From positions 1-64,000 of IMG/VR virus record IMGVR_UViG_2775506858_000003: DNA of 64,000 nucleotides; one strand, written 5' to 3'. The notes under the pieces are model-generated. The model saw nothing but the letters and a program-made list of their open reading frames with translations. It was not told where the DNA came from and searched no databases. The number at the start of each line of letters is the position of its first letter. Position 1 is the stretch's first letter. The stretch comes from a virus (lineage: Duplodnaviria; Heunggongvirae; Uroviricota; Caudoviricetes). Below are positions 20,555 through 30,976 of this stretch, in pieces. The translations under genes were made by a program, and so were the position numbers.

Positions 20555-21463
20555 ATGTCTAGCGGTGCAAAACAGATACTTTACATTACCAAAGAAACGG
20601 TGGCTGGCACCACGCCAACGCCATTGACCTTAAACACTTTGCCATTTGTATCAACTTCACTTGATGCAAATACCAACATTACCGAATCAGACACGATCCG
20701 CGACAGTCGCATGAGCAGCGGTGGTCAAGTAACTGCCATGAGCGTGTCGGGTGATATTGTCGCGAATATGTCCTATGGCACCTATGACGACTTATTGGCC
20801 GCAGCCTTTTTTGGCGAGTGGGTTGCAAACAAACTGCAAATTGGCGAAACACGTCAGACTTTCACGGCTGTGCGTGGCTTTAAAGATGCTGGTGGTTACC
20901 ACTATTTCCGTGGGTTGCATGTGTCGCAATTTGGCTTGGAAATCCCTGAAGAGGGAAGCATTAAAGGCACATGGACTTTTGCTGGCTTAGACCGAAGCCA
21001 AAGCCCTGCAGCGCCAACGGCAACAATCACCCCCGCATCTACTGCAGAAGAATTTTCCAATGTGGGCGTGGGTGAGATTGAGCTTGATGGCACATCGCTT
21101 AAAGGTATTGCGTGCGTGACATCGTTCAAGTTTGATTTGAACAATAACCTGAAAGTGCAAAAGTGCCTTGGTGATGGTCTTGCTGTTGGTAAGCAAATCG
21201 AAACCAAAGTGGATATTAGCGGCTCGTTTGTCGCTGCATTTGGTGATAAAGCGGCTGAAATTTATGAGAAGCAATTTACCAATGGCAAGCTGAAGCTCGA
21301 AATTCCATTTGGTGATGGCGAGAACAATTACATTCTGACCATCCCGCGCCTGACTGTCACAGGCTCACTACCAAGTGGCTCAAGTACAGATCTGTTGCAA
21401 ATCACATTCAACTTCAAAGCCGAAGTTGAATCGCCGTACATCACGCGGGTACCTAAGCCGTAA
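20555..21463 (+). CDS. major tail tube protein
   Basis: 302 aa, strong RBS after terminator, Thr/Ser-rich, position before the chaperones and tape measure. Confidence 0.7.
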   Translation: MSSGAKQILYITKETVAGTTPTPLTLNTLPFVSTSLDANTNITESDTIRDSRMSSGGQVTAMSVSGDIVANMSYGTYDDLLAAAFFGEWVANKLQIGETRQTFTAVRGFKDAGGYHYFRGLHVSQFGLEIPEEGSIKGTWTFAGLDRSQSPAAPTATITPASTAEEFSNVGVGEIELDGTSLKGIACVTSFKFDLNNNLKVQKCLGDGLAVGKQIETKVDISGSFVAAFGDKAAEIYEKQFTNGKLKLEIPFGDGENNYILTIPRLTVTGSLPSGSSTDLLQITFNFKAEVESPYITRVPKP

Positions 21464-21546
21464 GGCTTGACTGCGTGCCGTCTTTTTTGTATAAAAACTG
21501 CTAATCTGTGGATTCCGTGCAGATAAGTGAAAAGTTTTCAGATTGA

Positions 21547-21570
21547 CCCGCCCCCAAGGCGGGTTTTTTC
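21547..21570 (+). terminator. rho-independent terminator (CCCGCC-CCCAA-GGCGGG + T7)
   Basis: Direct reading. Confidence 0.75.
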
Positions 21571-21620
21571 GTTTGCATCCGCTGTGAAGCGCTGCTGCTG
21601 TGCCGACTTGTAATTCAGTT

Positions 21621-21844
21621 GTGGTGATTTCCACCATATCTGGACCATGCTTGTTTTGGCTTGCCCATTGGGGCATTTGGCCCTAATGGTGAGTTGTGGT
21701 CATTTTGACCATGACTGAACCGTGGTGATTTCCACCATAGTTAAACAATGGTCATCTTGACCACGGTTAAACTGTCATGATTTCCGTGATGGTTGAACTA
21801 TTACGTTTTCCGTAACAGTTGAGTTATTACGATTTCCGTGATAA
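21621..21844. repeat. array of 7 short palindromes with T-rich centres: GTGGTGATTTCCACCAT (x2), GTGGTCATTTTGACCAT, ATGGTCATCTTGACCAC, CATGATTTCCGTGATG, TTACGTTTTCCGTAA, TTACGATTTCCGTGATAA
   Basis: Read directly at 21621-37, 21697-713, 21722-38, 21748-64, 21775-93, 21802-16, 21827-44; ORF-free 520-bp gap inside the tail operon. Confidence 0.65.
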
Positions 21845-21868
21845 CTGAAAACGCATGTAACACATACG

Positions 21869-21895
21869 CCCCGTTCATTTGAGCGGGGTTTTTCT
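21869..21895 (+). terminator. rho-independent terminator (CCCCG-TTCATTTGAG-CGGGG + T5)
   Basis: Direct reading. Confidence 0.6.
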
Positions 21896-21995
21896 TTTGG
21901 CAGCCCGCCCTATGCATGGGGTAGTGGGACCTTAAAAATTCTCCGATAGAGGTTTTGCGTGGGCTGCCACCCAATTATCGGAATGGAGAAAAGAT

Positions 21996-22529
21996 ATGAA
22001 TCAACAAATTGTTGTTGCAAATGAGGCTATCTTTGCAAAAGGAAATGACTTGTTAACGAATAGTCATTTTGTGGCCAAGGCATTTGGAAAATCACACCGT
22101 CACATCCTGCGTGATATTGATGAATTGATATTGAAACGCCCTGAATTTGCGTGCGCCCAATTTTGGGCTTACGTGGAAAATCGTAAAATTGGCGTGGCAA
22201 ATCGTGACATTCGTGGCTTTCAAATGACAAAAGATGGTTTCATGTTGCTTGTGATGGGCTTTACTGGCGAAAAGGCATTTGATGTAAAGATTGCTTATAT
22301 TGAGGCATTCAACCAAATGCAACGCCAAATTGATAATTTCAACACAGATTTGATGCAGAAACTTGTAATTGCACTGGAGGCCGAGAAGCAATCCTTTGCT
22401 ATTGCCAGCCTTGCTGCCAGAATCATGCGGAAACGGCGTGATGAAAAGCCTGTACATCAATCTGAAATACAAATGTTACAAAGTCAGTTACAGCCGCTTT
22501 TGACAAATTTACAACTCCCCGCCGCCTAG
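21996..22529 (+). CDS. rha: Rha-family phage regulatory protein (moron inside the tail module)
   Basis: N-terminus FAKGNDLLTNSHFVAKAFGKSHRHILRDIDEL matches the Phage_pRha signature. Confidence 0.7.
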   Translation: MNQQIVVANEAIFAKGNDLLTNSHFVAKAFGKSHRHILRDIDELILKRPEFACAQFWAYVENRKIGVANRDIRGFQMTKDGFMLLVMGFTGEKAFDVKIAYIEAFNQMQRQIDNFNTDLMQKLVIALEAEKQSFAIASLAARIMRKRRDEKPVHQSEIQMLQSQLQPLLTNLQLPAA

Positions 22530-22546
22530 AGCGGCATTTTTTATGG

Positions 22547-22969
22547 ATGATTGATATGGCATTACAAATCAAAAAACAGGGTGAGCAACGTCCTGAATCT
22601 TGGCGCGAATACCAAGGGGTGAAGTTCAGTATTCGGGGTTTGGATTACAAACCTTACCGTGTTGCTTTAGAACGTGCCGGCTCGGTTCAATTTCGCGATG
22701 GCTTGTCACTGAAAGGCATCGGCGAGGATGCAACTGTATGGTATGACTTACAGGCCGAAGCCGCAGGGCGTTACTTAATTGCGGGATGGGACCAAGACGG
22801 TATTACTAGCGAAGATGGCAAACCAATCCCTTACAGTCAAGACAGTGCTGTGGACTTATTACGCTCATCCGATATTGGTTATGATTTGTACAAATGGGTA
22901 TTAAAGCAGGCGGCAGAAATTCAGGCCGACGCAGACCAATTACGCGATGATGCGGTAAAAAAGTCTTAG
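22547..22969 (+). CDS. tail assembly chaperone (gpG-like)
   Basis: Position before tape measure; ends at slippery heptamer A_AAA_AAG (22957-22963). Confidence 0.55.
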   Translation: MIDMALQIKKQGEQRPESWREYQGVKFSIRGLDYKPYRVALERAGSVQFRDGLSLKGIGEDATVWYDLQAEAAGRYLIAGWDQDGITSEDGKPIPYSQDSAVDLLRSSDIGYDLYKWVLKQAAEIQADADQLRDDAVKKS

Positions 22970-23268
22970 AACTGTACAATTATTCGAGAATTGGTAATTC
23001 AGAGAAGACGCGTAAAATTTATGCGTATTTGAATAAAAAGATGCCAGACGAGCCAGTGTACAGTGAAGTTGCAAGCCAAATTATTGAGGCATTTTATGTT
23101 CTTGTCAGGGGGAGGCGGTATGAACAAGGGGTTATGCTCCCCTTATCCTTGCATGACATTGCCGCTTATTGTGACAGCTGCGAAATTGGCGTTACACGGC
23201 ATGAGTTCGACGCGGCAATATATGCTTTGGATAATTTGTATCTTGAGTTGAAAGCGGTCAAAAGATAG
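22547..23268 (+). CDS. tail assembly chaperone GT-like fusion via programmed -1 frameshift at A_AAA_AAG
   Basis: The -1 frame from 22957 is open (KKVLELYNYSRIGNSEKTRKIYAYLNKKMPDEP...) through to the stop at 23268. Confidence 0.5.
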
Positions 23269-23303
23269 AGTGTATATTTTACCTTTTAAAATAAGGGGGA
23301 GAT

Positions 23304-23948
23304 ATGCGCTTTATTTTTTTGGTCGCGCTACTGATTGCAGGGATTGCTCATGCAGATGAAATCAAAGGACTTGGCGATATTAAGATTGGTAGCAATTCAC
23401 AGCAAGTGAAAGCATTGATGAAAACCAAAAAAGCGCCTGTTTTTGTTACTGGTGCTGACTTTGGCACTTACCAAGGCGGTGGCTTTGGTGCTTACGAAAA
23501 AGTGAATATCACAAATTCAATTCAATTGGCGAAGGTGTCACTTTATTATCATGATAATTATTTATATTGGATTGATGCGGTAGACGATTTTGATGATGGT
23601 GATTTAAAAACATTGGTAGATGGGTTTAAGCACAAGTACAAATACTTGCCCGAAAATGATGAAATTGTTAGGGAAGAAGCCGCAAACCCATGTGATGAAA
23701 AACAGCAAATTGCGATTATCACAAAAAGTGAAACTTTCAATAAAGATGAAAAAATTGAAGCGAAATACTCAGAATCAATTTATTTAGACATTGAAACAAA
23801 TAAGCCTGTGAATGTATGTGGTCACTATGTGAATGCAAATTTCTCTGTTTACGATGTTGGGGTATTGAAAGCCGCAACTGAGAAACAAGAACAACAGGAC
23901 TCAAGTTTTGAACAAGAAGAACTGGATAGAAAATACGAAGGTTTGTAA
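23304..23948 (+). CDS. AT-rich secreted protein (signal peptide), moron between chaperones and tape measure
   Basis: Signal peptide MRFIFLVALLIAGIAHA; own terminator downstream. Confidence 0.5.
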   Translation: MRFIFLVALLIAGIAHADEIKGLGDIKIGSNSQQVKALMKTKKAPVFVTGADFGTYQGGGFGAYEKVNITNSIQLAKVSLYYHDNYLYWIDAVDDFDDGDLKTLVDGFKHKYKYLPENDEIVREEAANPCDEKQQIAIITKSETFNKDEKIEAKYSESIYLDIETNKPVNVCGHYVNANFSVYDVGVLKAATEKQEQQDSSFEQEELDRKYEGL

Positions 23949-23967
23949 TTTCGTCCAGGATTGAAAT

Positions 23968-23988
23968 GCGCCCAAACGGGCGCTTTTT
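23968..23988 (+). terminator. terminator (GCGCCC-AAAC-GGGCGC + T5)
   Basis: Direct reading. Confidence 0.65.
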
Positions 23989-24002
23989 ATTGGGCGAAAG
24001 AA

Positions 24003-26933
24003 ATGTCAGAACAACAAAGTCGCTTATCTGTCGTTATCAGCACAGAGCAAGCAAAGCGCAATGCTGAGGCGCTCAATAAAAGTTTGGCCGAAATGAACAA
24101 AAAAGGCGACGATGCAGCCAAGTCCGCCACTAATGTTGGTAAAAGTGCCGATGGCGCTAAAAGCGGCCTGAAATCTCACAAGGGCGCTGTTGATGATGTT
24201 GCCAAGTCATACTCGAACTGGTCAAGCCTCACTAAGACTACTATTGCCGGCGTAATCGCGGGCATTGGTAAGTCAGCGATTGACGTGGCCGCTTTTGCGA
24301 CCATGGCAACACTCATTGCCAAAACTGGCAAAGAAATGCAAGCCATGGCATATCAAAGCAACTCAACTGCCGAGGAATTACAAGGCTTTGTCTTTGCTGC
24401 AAAAAAGGTCAATGATACGTTCAACATGGATAAGGTTGGTGATGTATTCAAAGACGTTAACGATAAAATTGGCGATTATCTAACAGAGGGCGGCGGCGAA
24501 TTAAAGCAGTTTTTTGAAGAAATTGCACCCAAAGTTGGCGTGACTGCTGAGCAATTCCGCAATTTATCAGGCCCACAAGCATTGCAATTGTATGTATCCA
24601 CGCTCGAAAAAGCTGGCCTTTCTCAAACAGAGATGGTCACGCACATGGAGCGCATTGCAAACGATGCCACAGGTTTGTTGCCAATTTTGCAAGATAATGG
24701 CAAGGCTTGGAAAGAATTGGCCGAAAGTGCACAAGATGCAGGTTTGATTATGTCCAATGATGCTGCTGCAAGTGCTGCCGAATTGGATAATAAAATTAGC
24801 ATGTTGTCAGATTCAATCATCATTATGCGCAATTATTTTGCCGAAGAAATCATCCCAATTATCAATTCGTTTATTGATAACATGACACTTAGCTCTGATG
24901 GTACAAACACATTGCACCAAGATGTAAATGAATTCGCACAAGACGGGTCGTTTAAGCAATGGTTTATTGGGGTGGGGTATGCGATTGCCGGCGTAATTGA
25001 TGTGGCACGCTTAGCTGGTCAAATTGTTGATGCTTTGGGCAAAACCATAGCTTATGTGATGGTGCAAGGCTCGCGCTTTAACGCCTGGACTGACTCACTT
25101 AATCCATTTGGTGCAAAGAGTGATGATTTTGTTGCTAATGCCAAAAGTGAGTTAAATGCCTTAACTGGGGCAGCCAACGAGGCCAAAAAGGAAATGTCTA
25201 TTGCAATGAATAAGAAATTTGAGTTCACTGCAATAGATTCATGGGAAAAGGCGGCGAATGCTGGTGATAAGGCCGCAAAAACACAGCAACAATTAGCTGG
25301 ACTTGCCGATAAAACTCATAAGAGTATTGCCCAACAAGGATGGGAGCAAGCAAAGGCAGCAAAAGAAGCGGAAAAGGCCGCAAGAGCAAAAGAGCGTGAA
25401 GCAAAAGCAGCAAAAGTAGTTGAAGCTGCCTATTTGAGTCCATACAGCAATAAGTTTACTGCCGGCAGTCCGATGGGAGACCGTTTTCATCCGATTCAAA
25501 AAAAATGGAAATTTCACGCCGGTCGAGATGTACCCATGCCGGTTGGCAGTGATTTAAAAGCCATGACTTCAGGTGTGGTTGATTCTGTTGGACGTCGTGG
25601 CGGCTATGGTAACACCATCACTATCAAGCATGATGACGGCACTAAAGCGATGTATGCGCACTTGAGCACTGCACTTTTAAAAGCGGGTGAGCGTGTACAA
25701 GCGGGACAAGTGGTGGCGAAATCTGGTAACACCGGTGACAGCACTGGCCCACACGCGCACATTGAATTTTGGGACAAGCAAGGGCAGCGTCGTGAAGTGA
25801 CTAAGGTCATCGGCAAAAAGACCATTAACAAAGTTGGAGAAGCTTCAAAGTCAAACTATCTAGAACTGACAGAGCAAGAAAAAGACCTGGCACTTGAATA
25901 CAATGTCGCAATGCAAGAGCGCATGATTATGCTTGGCAAAGAAACAGAACTTCAAAAACTGAATGCCGAGATTGAACTTGGTAAATACGAATCTGTTGAG
26001 CCTGAGCGCATCAAACAGATGCAACAAATGGCAGAGCAATATGACAGTGCTGTTAAGGTCAATGAGCAACAAGAGCGTATGAATGCATTGATTGAAGATG
26101 CTACTGGAAGTGAGGCAGTCAAATCTTACTATCAAGATTGGGATATGCTCACACAGGCATTTAAAGAGGGCAAGATTAATGCAGAGCAGTACACTCTTGC
26201 ATTAGCAAAACTTAATGAATCAAAGCCGGATGCCTTGAAAACTGATTTTGAAAAAAATTGGGGAAGCACCAAGCAATGGATTGATGACGCTAATGATGTA
26301 CAAGCTCGGTTAGATCAGGGCATGGCTGGCTGGTTACAAAGTTCATCAGATGCACTGGCTGAGTTTGTTGCAACAGGTAAGATGAATTTCCGTGATTTAA
26401 CGGTTTCAATTCTGCAAGATTTGGCAAAAATTGCAATGCAGAAAGCAATTGCGGGCATTGCAGGTAGTTTGTTTGGCTATGGTGGGTCATCAGCGGCGGC
26501 GGGAGCTGGTTCCACAGCATTAGATTCTCTGTTTGCAACTGGTGGTGCATTTGGCCAAGGCGGTGTGCGTTACTTTGCCCAAGGCGGCACATTTACGAAC
26601 TCTGTTGTGGACAAGCCGACTATGTTCAAATCGGGCGGCATGTTGGGCGTAATGGGTGAAGCTGGCCCCGAAGCCATCCTGCCTTTGAAGCGTACATCAT
26701 CGGGCAATCTTGGTGTTGAAACAACCGGCGCGGGTGCGGCCGGCCAGCCTGTCGTCTACATCACCAATCACATTACGGTTGAAAGCAGTGGTGATTCTGA
26801 AAAAGATGGCGCTGCCATTGCCGATGGCATCAATAAGCAGTTAATCAGTACGATTGATGGGCGCATTAATGTCAAAATAGACAATGAATTGCGCCACAAT
26901 GGCAAGATTAGCAACGCAATTAAGGGGCGATAA
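24003..26933 (+). CDS. tail tape measure protein with embedded M23 (LytM) peptidase domain
   Basis: 976 aa, coiled-coil; M23 motifs FHAGRD...HAHIEF (around aa 500-590); Gly-rich C-terminus; start ATG 24003. Confidence 0.85.
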   Translation: MSEQQSRLSVVISTEQAKRNAEALNKSLAEMNKKGDDAAKSATNVGKSADGAKSGLKSHKGAVDDVAKSYSNWSSLTKTTIAGVIAGIGKSAIDVAAFATMATLIAKTGKEMQAMAYQSNSTAEELQGFVFAAKKVNDTFNMDKVGDVFKDVNDKIGDYLTEGGGELKQFFEEIAPKVGVTAEQFRNLSGPQALQLYVSTLEKAGLSQTEMVTHMERIANDATGLLPILQDNGKAWKELAESAQDAGLIMSNDAAASAAELDNKISMLSDSIIIMRNYFAEEIIPIINSFIDNMTLSSDGTNTLHQDVNEFAQDGSFKQWFIGVGYAIAGVIDVARLAGQIVDALGKTIAYVMVQGSRFNAWTDSLNPFGAKSDDFVANAKSELNALTGAANEAKKEMSIAMNKKFEFTAIDSWEKAANAGDKAAKTQQQLAGLADKTHKSIAQQGWEQAKAAKEAEKAARAKEREAKAAKVVEAAYLSPYSNKFTAGSPMGDRFHPIQKKWKFHAGRDVPMPVGSDLKAMTSGVVDSVGRRGGYGNTITIKHDDGTKAMYAHLSTALLKAGERVQAGQVVAKSGNTGDSTGPHAHIEFWDKQGQRREVTKVIGKKTINKVGEASKSNYLELTEQEKDLALEYNVAMQERMIMLGKETELQKLNAEIELGKYESVEPERIKQMQQMAEQYDSAVKVNEQQERMNALIEDATGSEAVKSYYQDWDMLTQAFKEGKINAEQYTLALAKLNESKPDALKTDFEKNWGSTKQWIDDANDVQARLDQGMAGWLQSSSDALAEFVATGKMNFRDLTVSILQDLAKIAMQKAIAGIAGSLFGYGGSSAAAGAGSTALDSLFATGGAFGQGGVRYFAQGGTFTNSVVDKPTMFKSGGMLGVMGEAGPEAILPLKRTSSGNLGVETTGAGAAGQPVVYITNHITVESSGDSEKDGAAIADGINKQLISTIDGRINVKIDNELRHNGKISNAIKGR

Positions 26934-26974
26934 AGAATAAAGAGCGCCAGAATAATGGCGCTTTTAGGAGGATA

Positions 26975-27496
26975 TTATGAAACACTTTGCAGAAAGCGAA
27001 TTAATGGTACAAGCTGCACCTCAACCTGTGTTTCAAATTCAGATGGAACGAAATAAACTGAATATGTCGGAACTGGATTACTGCCGTGAACACTGGTTGT
27101 CCGCAAATCCCAATCTATCTTTTGATATGCCGGAACATATGTGTCGCCAAATTCTTGAGAGATGTAGCTCAAAAACAATTCATCAAGTAATTCCGGCTTA
27201 AATGAATAAGAGTCTGAGTTTGGTCGAATACAAAATTCCAAATAACCTATAAAAAATGCTCCATTTTCAAATTCACTTTTACCAATCAAAAAGCCCAAGG
27301 TCATGAAAAGATTATTTTCAGTATTTAATTCTAAAATGGCTTGTTTGAGTTTTGGAGTACCATTAAATTCGTGAATTTCATCAATTCGATTAGGCTCAAG
27401 TGTTAAATCAATCCCGCCATTATTTGTACGACCATTTTCGTAATCTTTTCTATAGGGGAATACTGAATATGTTTCTCTATCTGGCGGCCCAATCAT
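26975..27496 (-). CDS. AT-rich hypothetical protein on opposite strand (moron)
   Basis: 173-aa ORF antisense to the late operon, low GC. Confidence 0.4.
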   Translation of the reverse strand: MIGPPDRETYSVFPYRKDYENGRTNNGGIDLTLEPNRIDEIHEFNGTPKLKQAILELNTENNLFMTLGFLIGKSEFENGAFFIGYLEFCIRPNSDSYSFKPELLDELFLSYISQEFGDTYVPAYQKIDWDLRTTSVHGSNPVPTYSVYFVPSEFETQVEVQLVPLIRFLQSVS

Positions 27497-27532
27497 TTGC
27501 TCTCCTTCAAATAAGACATTAAAAGGATAAGT

Positions 27533-27850
27533 ATGCCTGATTTTACTTGGGATGTTGAAATCGGCGCCTCTATTTCAACAGAATATCAATTGCGAGAGGT
27601 ACAGTTCGGTGATGGCTATGTGCAAACGCAAGCCAAATCACTCAAGCCAAAAAAACGAAAATGGAAAGTATCATTTTTCGACAAAGAGGCCATTATCAGT
27701 CAGATAGTGGCCTTTTTTGATGCCAAGCAGGGCAGAAAATTTACTTGGCAATCACCGTTCGGCTTGATGAATGTGCGAGTGAAAACGCACACATTAACGG
27801 AAATGGGCAACCATGTTTGGAAACTAGAATGGGAGTTTGAAGAAGTATGA
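27533..27850 (+). CDS. minor tail protein M (lambda gpM-like)
   Basis: FTWDVEIGASISTEYQLREVQFGDGYVQTQAK parallels lambda M. Confidence 0.8.
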   Translation: MPDFTWDVEIGASISTEYQLREVQFGDGYVQTQAKSLKPKKRKWKVSFFDKEAIISQIVAFFDAKQGRKFTWQSPFGLMNVRVKTHTLTEMGNHVWKLEWEFEEV

Positions 27851-28566
27851 ACAGCAGAATGAGCGGCCTGTCGGAAGACATGATTCAAGCCCTGTCTAAG
27901 CTTGAGCAAGATGCCAAGGTAGAACTGTGGGAAATTGACTTGCGCAGTAAAGGCGGCCAGTTGCACCGCTTTTGTAACCAAGTGAATGAGCTGGATGCTG
28001 CGGTGGTATGGCAGGGCAAAGAGTACACGCCATACCCAATCCAAGCCTCGGGCTTTGCAATGACTACGCAGGGCGCCAGCAATCGTCCTACGCTGACGGT
28101 TTCAAATCTGTTGGGCTTGGTCACCGGTGCGATTGAGCAATACGGCTCTTTGTCTGGTGCACGCGTGACACGCCGTGAGGTAATCGCGACATTTTTGGAT
28201 GCGGTGAATTTTGCCACCGGCAATCCGATGGCCGATAGCACACAGGAAATTGTCAGTCAGTATGTGCTTGAACAAGTCACCACGCTGACCACTGAAGCTG
28301 CAGTATTCACGCTTTCAGCGCCAAGTGATACCGAGGGAGCCATCATTCCAGCGCGCATCATGTTGGCCGATGTGTGTTCGTGGCAGTATCGCGGAGAGGG
28401 CTGTGGCTACACAGGCCGACCAGTAGCAGACCGTTATGACATGCCGACCAACGACCCAGACAAAGACGAATGCAGCAAATGCTTACTTGGGTGCCAAGCG
28501 CGCTTTGGCATCAATGCTGTGCTGCCGTATGGCGGGTTCCCTGCTGCAGATAAGGTTTTGCGTTAA
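27847..28566 (+). CDS. minor tail protein L (lambda gpL-like)
   Basis: WQYRGEGCGYTG...DECSKCLLGCQARFG Cys cluster and overall gpL similarity. Confidence 0.85.
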   Translation: MNSRMSGLSEDMIQALSKLEQDAKVELWEIDLRSKGGQLHRFCNQVNELDAAVVWQGKEYTPYPIQASGFAMTTQGASNRPTLTVSNLLGLVTGAIEQYGSLSGARVTRREVIATFLDAVNFATGNPMADSTQEIVSQYVLEQVTTLTTEAAVFTLSAPSDTEGAIIPARIMLADVCSWQYRGEGCGYTGRPVADRYDMPTNDPDKDECSKCLLGCQARFGINAVLPYGGFPAADKVLR

Positions 28567-28573
28567 TTCTGAA

Positions 28574-29140
28574 TTATTTATTCTCAAGTGCAGAAAGCAT
28601 CTTTTTGGAAATAATTGCGTTTAATGTTAATAATTTAAATGGCATTGGTAAGTTATTAAATAGAATTTTTTTAGAATTTGTAGTTTCAGGTTCAATCTCA
28701 ACTTCAAAGTCAGCGATGGGTTTATTTTCTTTAGGGTATTGATCTAGAAAAGTTATTGCTTCATTGATTGATTTTTCAATATCAACATCTTCTAAGCTAT
28801 GAGAAATATTATTTCTTAGAGCATTGAACTTTCCAATGGCTTTTTTAAGTTCTATCGGTAAGCCTAAATTTTCTGCAATTTCAAGCTTAGCATTAAACAT
28901 AATGATATTTTTTCTCTTAGATTGGTTATACAAGAACTCTTCAATACCACATACGTTATATATGAATGATTCTATCAAGTATTCGCAACTAAGATGGAAA
29001 ACTAAAAAAGCACTCAAATCATCTATGGTTTCTAATTGCTTTGTGACAGCTTTAGCAAATTGGTTTGAGGTAATTCGGTTATTAAAAATATCAGTATTCA
29101 TATTTTTTCTTTGAATGGAATCTAATAATGGAAACTTCAA
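28574..29140 (-). CDS. AT-rich protein with HEPN-like Rx4H motif (RNNISH), opposite strand
   Basis: Motif FNALRNNISHSL; 188 aa alpha-helical; low GC; inserted between L and K. Confidence 0.35.
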   Translation of the reverse strand: MKFPLLDSIQRKNMNTDIFNNRITSNQFAKAVTKQLETIDDLSAFLVFHLSCEYLIESFIYNVCGIEEFLYNQSKRKNIIMFNAKLEIAENLGLPIELKKAIGKFNALRNNISHSLEDVDIEKSINEAITFLDQYPKENKPIADFEVEIEPETTNSKKILFNNLPMPFKLLTLNAIISKKMLSALENK

Positions 29141-29511
29141 ATATTACGCCAAGTTTAGGTGGCAGTGGTATATCAAAAAGCAAACAAGCAATTTGTATTT
29201 ATGATGAAACAGGGAAATTGCGGTTGGTAATTGGAGAATTGAATTTTAAAAAAGGTGAAAGTATCAATTTGAATCCTGACTTTAAAAGTGCCCAAAGCAG
29301 TAAACCAAATGACACTCAGGAGAGAATTTTTGAAACAAATTATAGTGATTTCGAAATTTATAAAAATAAAAATGGTATTAAAGTGCAGATTAGGGATGAT
29401 GTAGATGATTACCCAAACTGGGCAATTGAAGAAATTTCAAATGAAAAAATACCTGACTTAATTTCTGCTCTGCAAAACTATTTATTGAGAGTTAGAAATG
29501 AAGCTGACTAA
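29128..29511 (+). CDS. AT-rich hypothetical protein, divergently overlapping the HEPN-like gene start
   Basis: 127-aa ORF, low GC, 13-bp head-to-head overlap with the 29140 minus-strand start. Confidence 0.4.
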   Translation: METSNITPSLGGSGISKSKQAICIYDETGKLRLVIGELNFKKGESINLNPDFKSAQSSKPNDTQERIFETNYSDFEIYKNKNGIKVQIRDDVDDYPNWAIEEISNEKIPDLISALQNYLLRVRNEAD

Positions 29512-30226
29512 ACAAACCCAATCAGACATATTGAAACACGCCAATGAAGCCGCACCGAATGAGAGTTGCGGCTTTGTTGTTTTGACTGGTCGCAAACAGT
29601 CGTATCACCCGTGCGAAAATGTCGCCACACTGCCGCAAGACACGTTTGAAATACCCGCTGATGCTTGGATAGGCATCGATGGCGATATTGTCGCAGTGGT
29701 GCACAGTCACCCACGCAATGAGCCGTTTCTATCCGGCGCTGACCGCAAGGCGCAGAACCAGTCTGAATTACCGTGGGCGCTGGCTACTGGCGGGGCGGTG
29801 AAACTATTTCGCTATGCACCGCTGTTGCGTGGTCGACAGTTTGTCTATGGAGCGGCTGATTGCTTCACGCTGATTCGCGATGCGTTCATGTTGTGCGGCA
29901 TTGAATTTCGGGACCATCCACGCAGCAACATCGATGACGATGCAGCGGCGGGTTCATTCGAGCAGAATTTACCCGATGGCGGTTTTATTCGAGTGCGCGC
30001 CGGCCTACAGGCCGGTGATGTGGTGTTGACTGCTCAAAATGGCATTGCCAATCACGCGGCCTTGTATTTGGGTGGCGGTGAGATGCTGCACCACGCTTTT
30101 GACCACTTAAGCCGCGTGGAGCCGTACAGCAAGTATTGGCAACGCATGACGCATTCGGTTTGGCGACATCAAGACTGGCAGCCTGAAATGTTGGAGGCCA
30201 TCAAAAACGATATATCGGTGATTTAA
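29498..30226 (+). CDS. minor tail protein K (JAB/MPN + NlpC/P60; lambda gpK-like)
   Basis: ESCGFVV...VVHSHP JAMM-like; C-terminal NlpC/P60-like Cys/His. Confidence 0.85.
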   Translation: MKLTKQTQSDILKHANEAAPNESCGFVVLTGRKQSYHPCENVATLPQDTFEIPADAWIGIDGDIVAVVHSHPRNEPFLSGADRKAQNQSELPWALATGGAVKLFRYAPLLRGRQFVYGAADCFTLIRDAFMLCGIEFRDHPRSNIDDDAAAGSFEQNLPDGGFIRVRAGLQAGDVVLTAQNGIANHAALYLGGGEMLHHAFDHLSRVEPYSKYWQRMTHSVWRHQDWQPEMLEAIKNDISVI

Positions 30227-30976
30227 ATGATTACAGTCAATTTTTACGGCGACCTGAGCAAATTCGGGCGCCGTTTTTCTTTGTACGCGGCAACACCGGC
30301 GGAGGCATTGCGGGCGTTGATGCTGCAAATTGATGGTTTGCGCGATCACATTGCTGCGGGCATGTACCAAGTGCGTTTTCAGAAACAAGACATGAACGAA
30401 GCCTCGCTGAAAGACGACATGAATCAAACTGGCGGGGGGGTTTTGCACATTGTGCCTCGAGTAACCGGTGCGGGTAAGTGGGGTCAGGTGATTGCGGGCG
30501 CTGTGTTGATTGTGGCGGGGTACTTTTTTTCAGGTCTGTCTTATGGGTGGGCCGCACCTGTTGGTGGCTTTATGGTCAAGATGGGTTTTGCGATGGTGGT
30601 GGGCGGTGTAGCGCAACTCCTGACCAAAACGCCCAACATGGATGCAAACCAAGACCGAGGTGAAAAGGCCAGCCGCAATACCTCGTTTTCAAATGTAGAC
30701 AACACCGTCGCGCAAGGCAGTCCGGTTCCACTGCTTTATGGAACCGGCTATGTCGGCAGCCGAGTGATTTCGCAGGGCATAGAATCGCGCCGCGTGGACA
30801 CCCAAAACGACCCTGTAATGGTTGACCCTGAAGCTGTCGATGTGTCGCTCGACATACAAAAAGTGTTCATTCAAGGCCAAGCGGCCAAAGCACCCAATGG
30901 CGTGTATTACAACACCGATTTTACCGATGACAGCGTGATTGCACGCAATTACAACGCGAAATTAATGAAAGTATGA
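30227..30976 (+). CDS. tail assembly protein I (lambda gpI-like)
   Basis: MITVNFYGDLSKFGRRF... N-terminus and Gly-rich membrane segment typical of gpI. Confidence 0.8.
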   Translation: MITVNFYGDLSKFGRRFSLYAATPAEALRALMLQIDGLRDHIAAGMYQVRFQKQDMNEASLKDDMNQTGGGVLHIVPRVTGAGKWGQVIAGAVLIVAGYFFSGLSYGWAAPVGGFMVKMGFAMVVGGVAQLLTKTPNMDANQDRGEKASRNTSFSNVDNTVAQGSPVPLLYGTGYVGSRVISQGIESRRVDTQNDPVMVDPEAVDVSLDIQKVFIQGQAAKAPNGVYYNTDFTDDSVIARNYNAKLMKV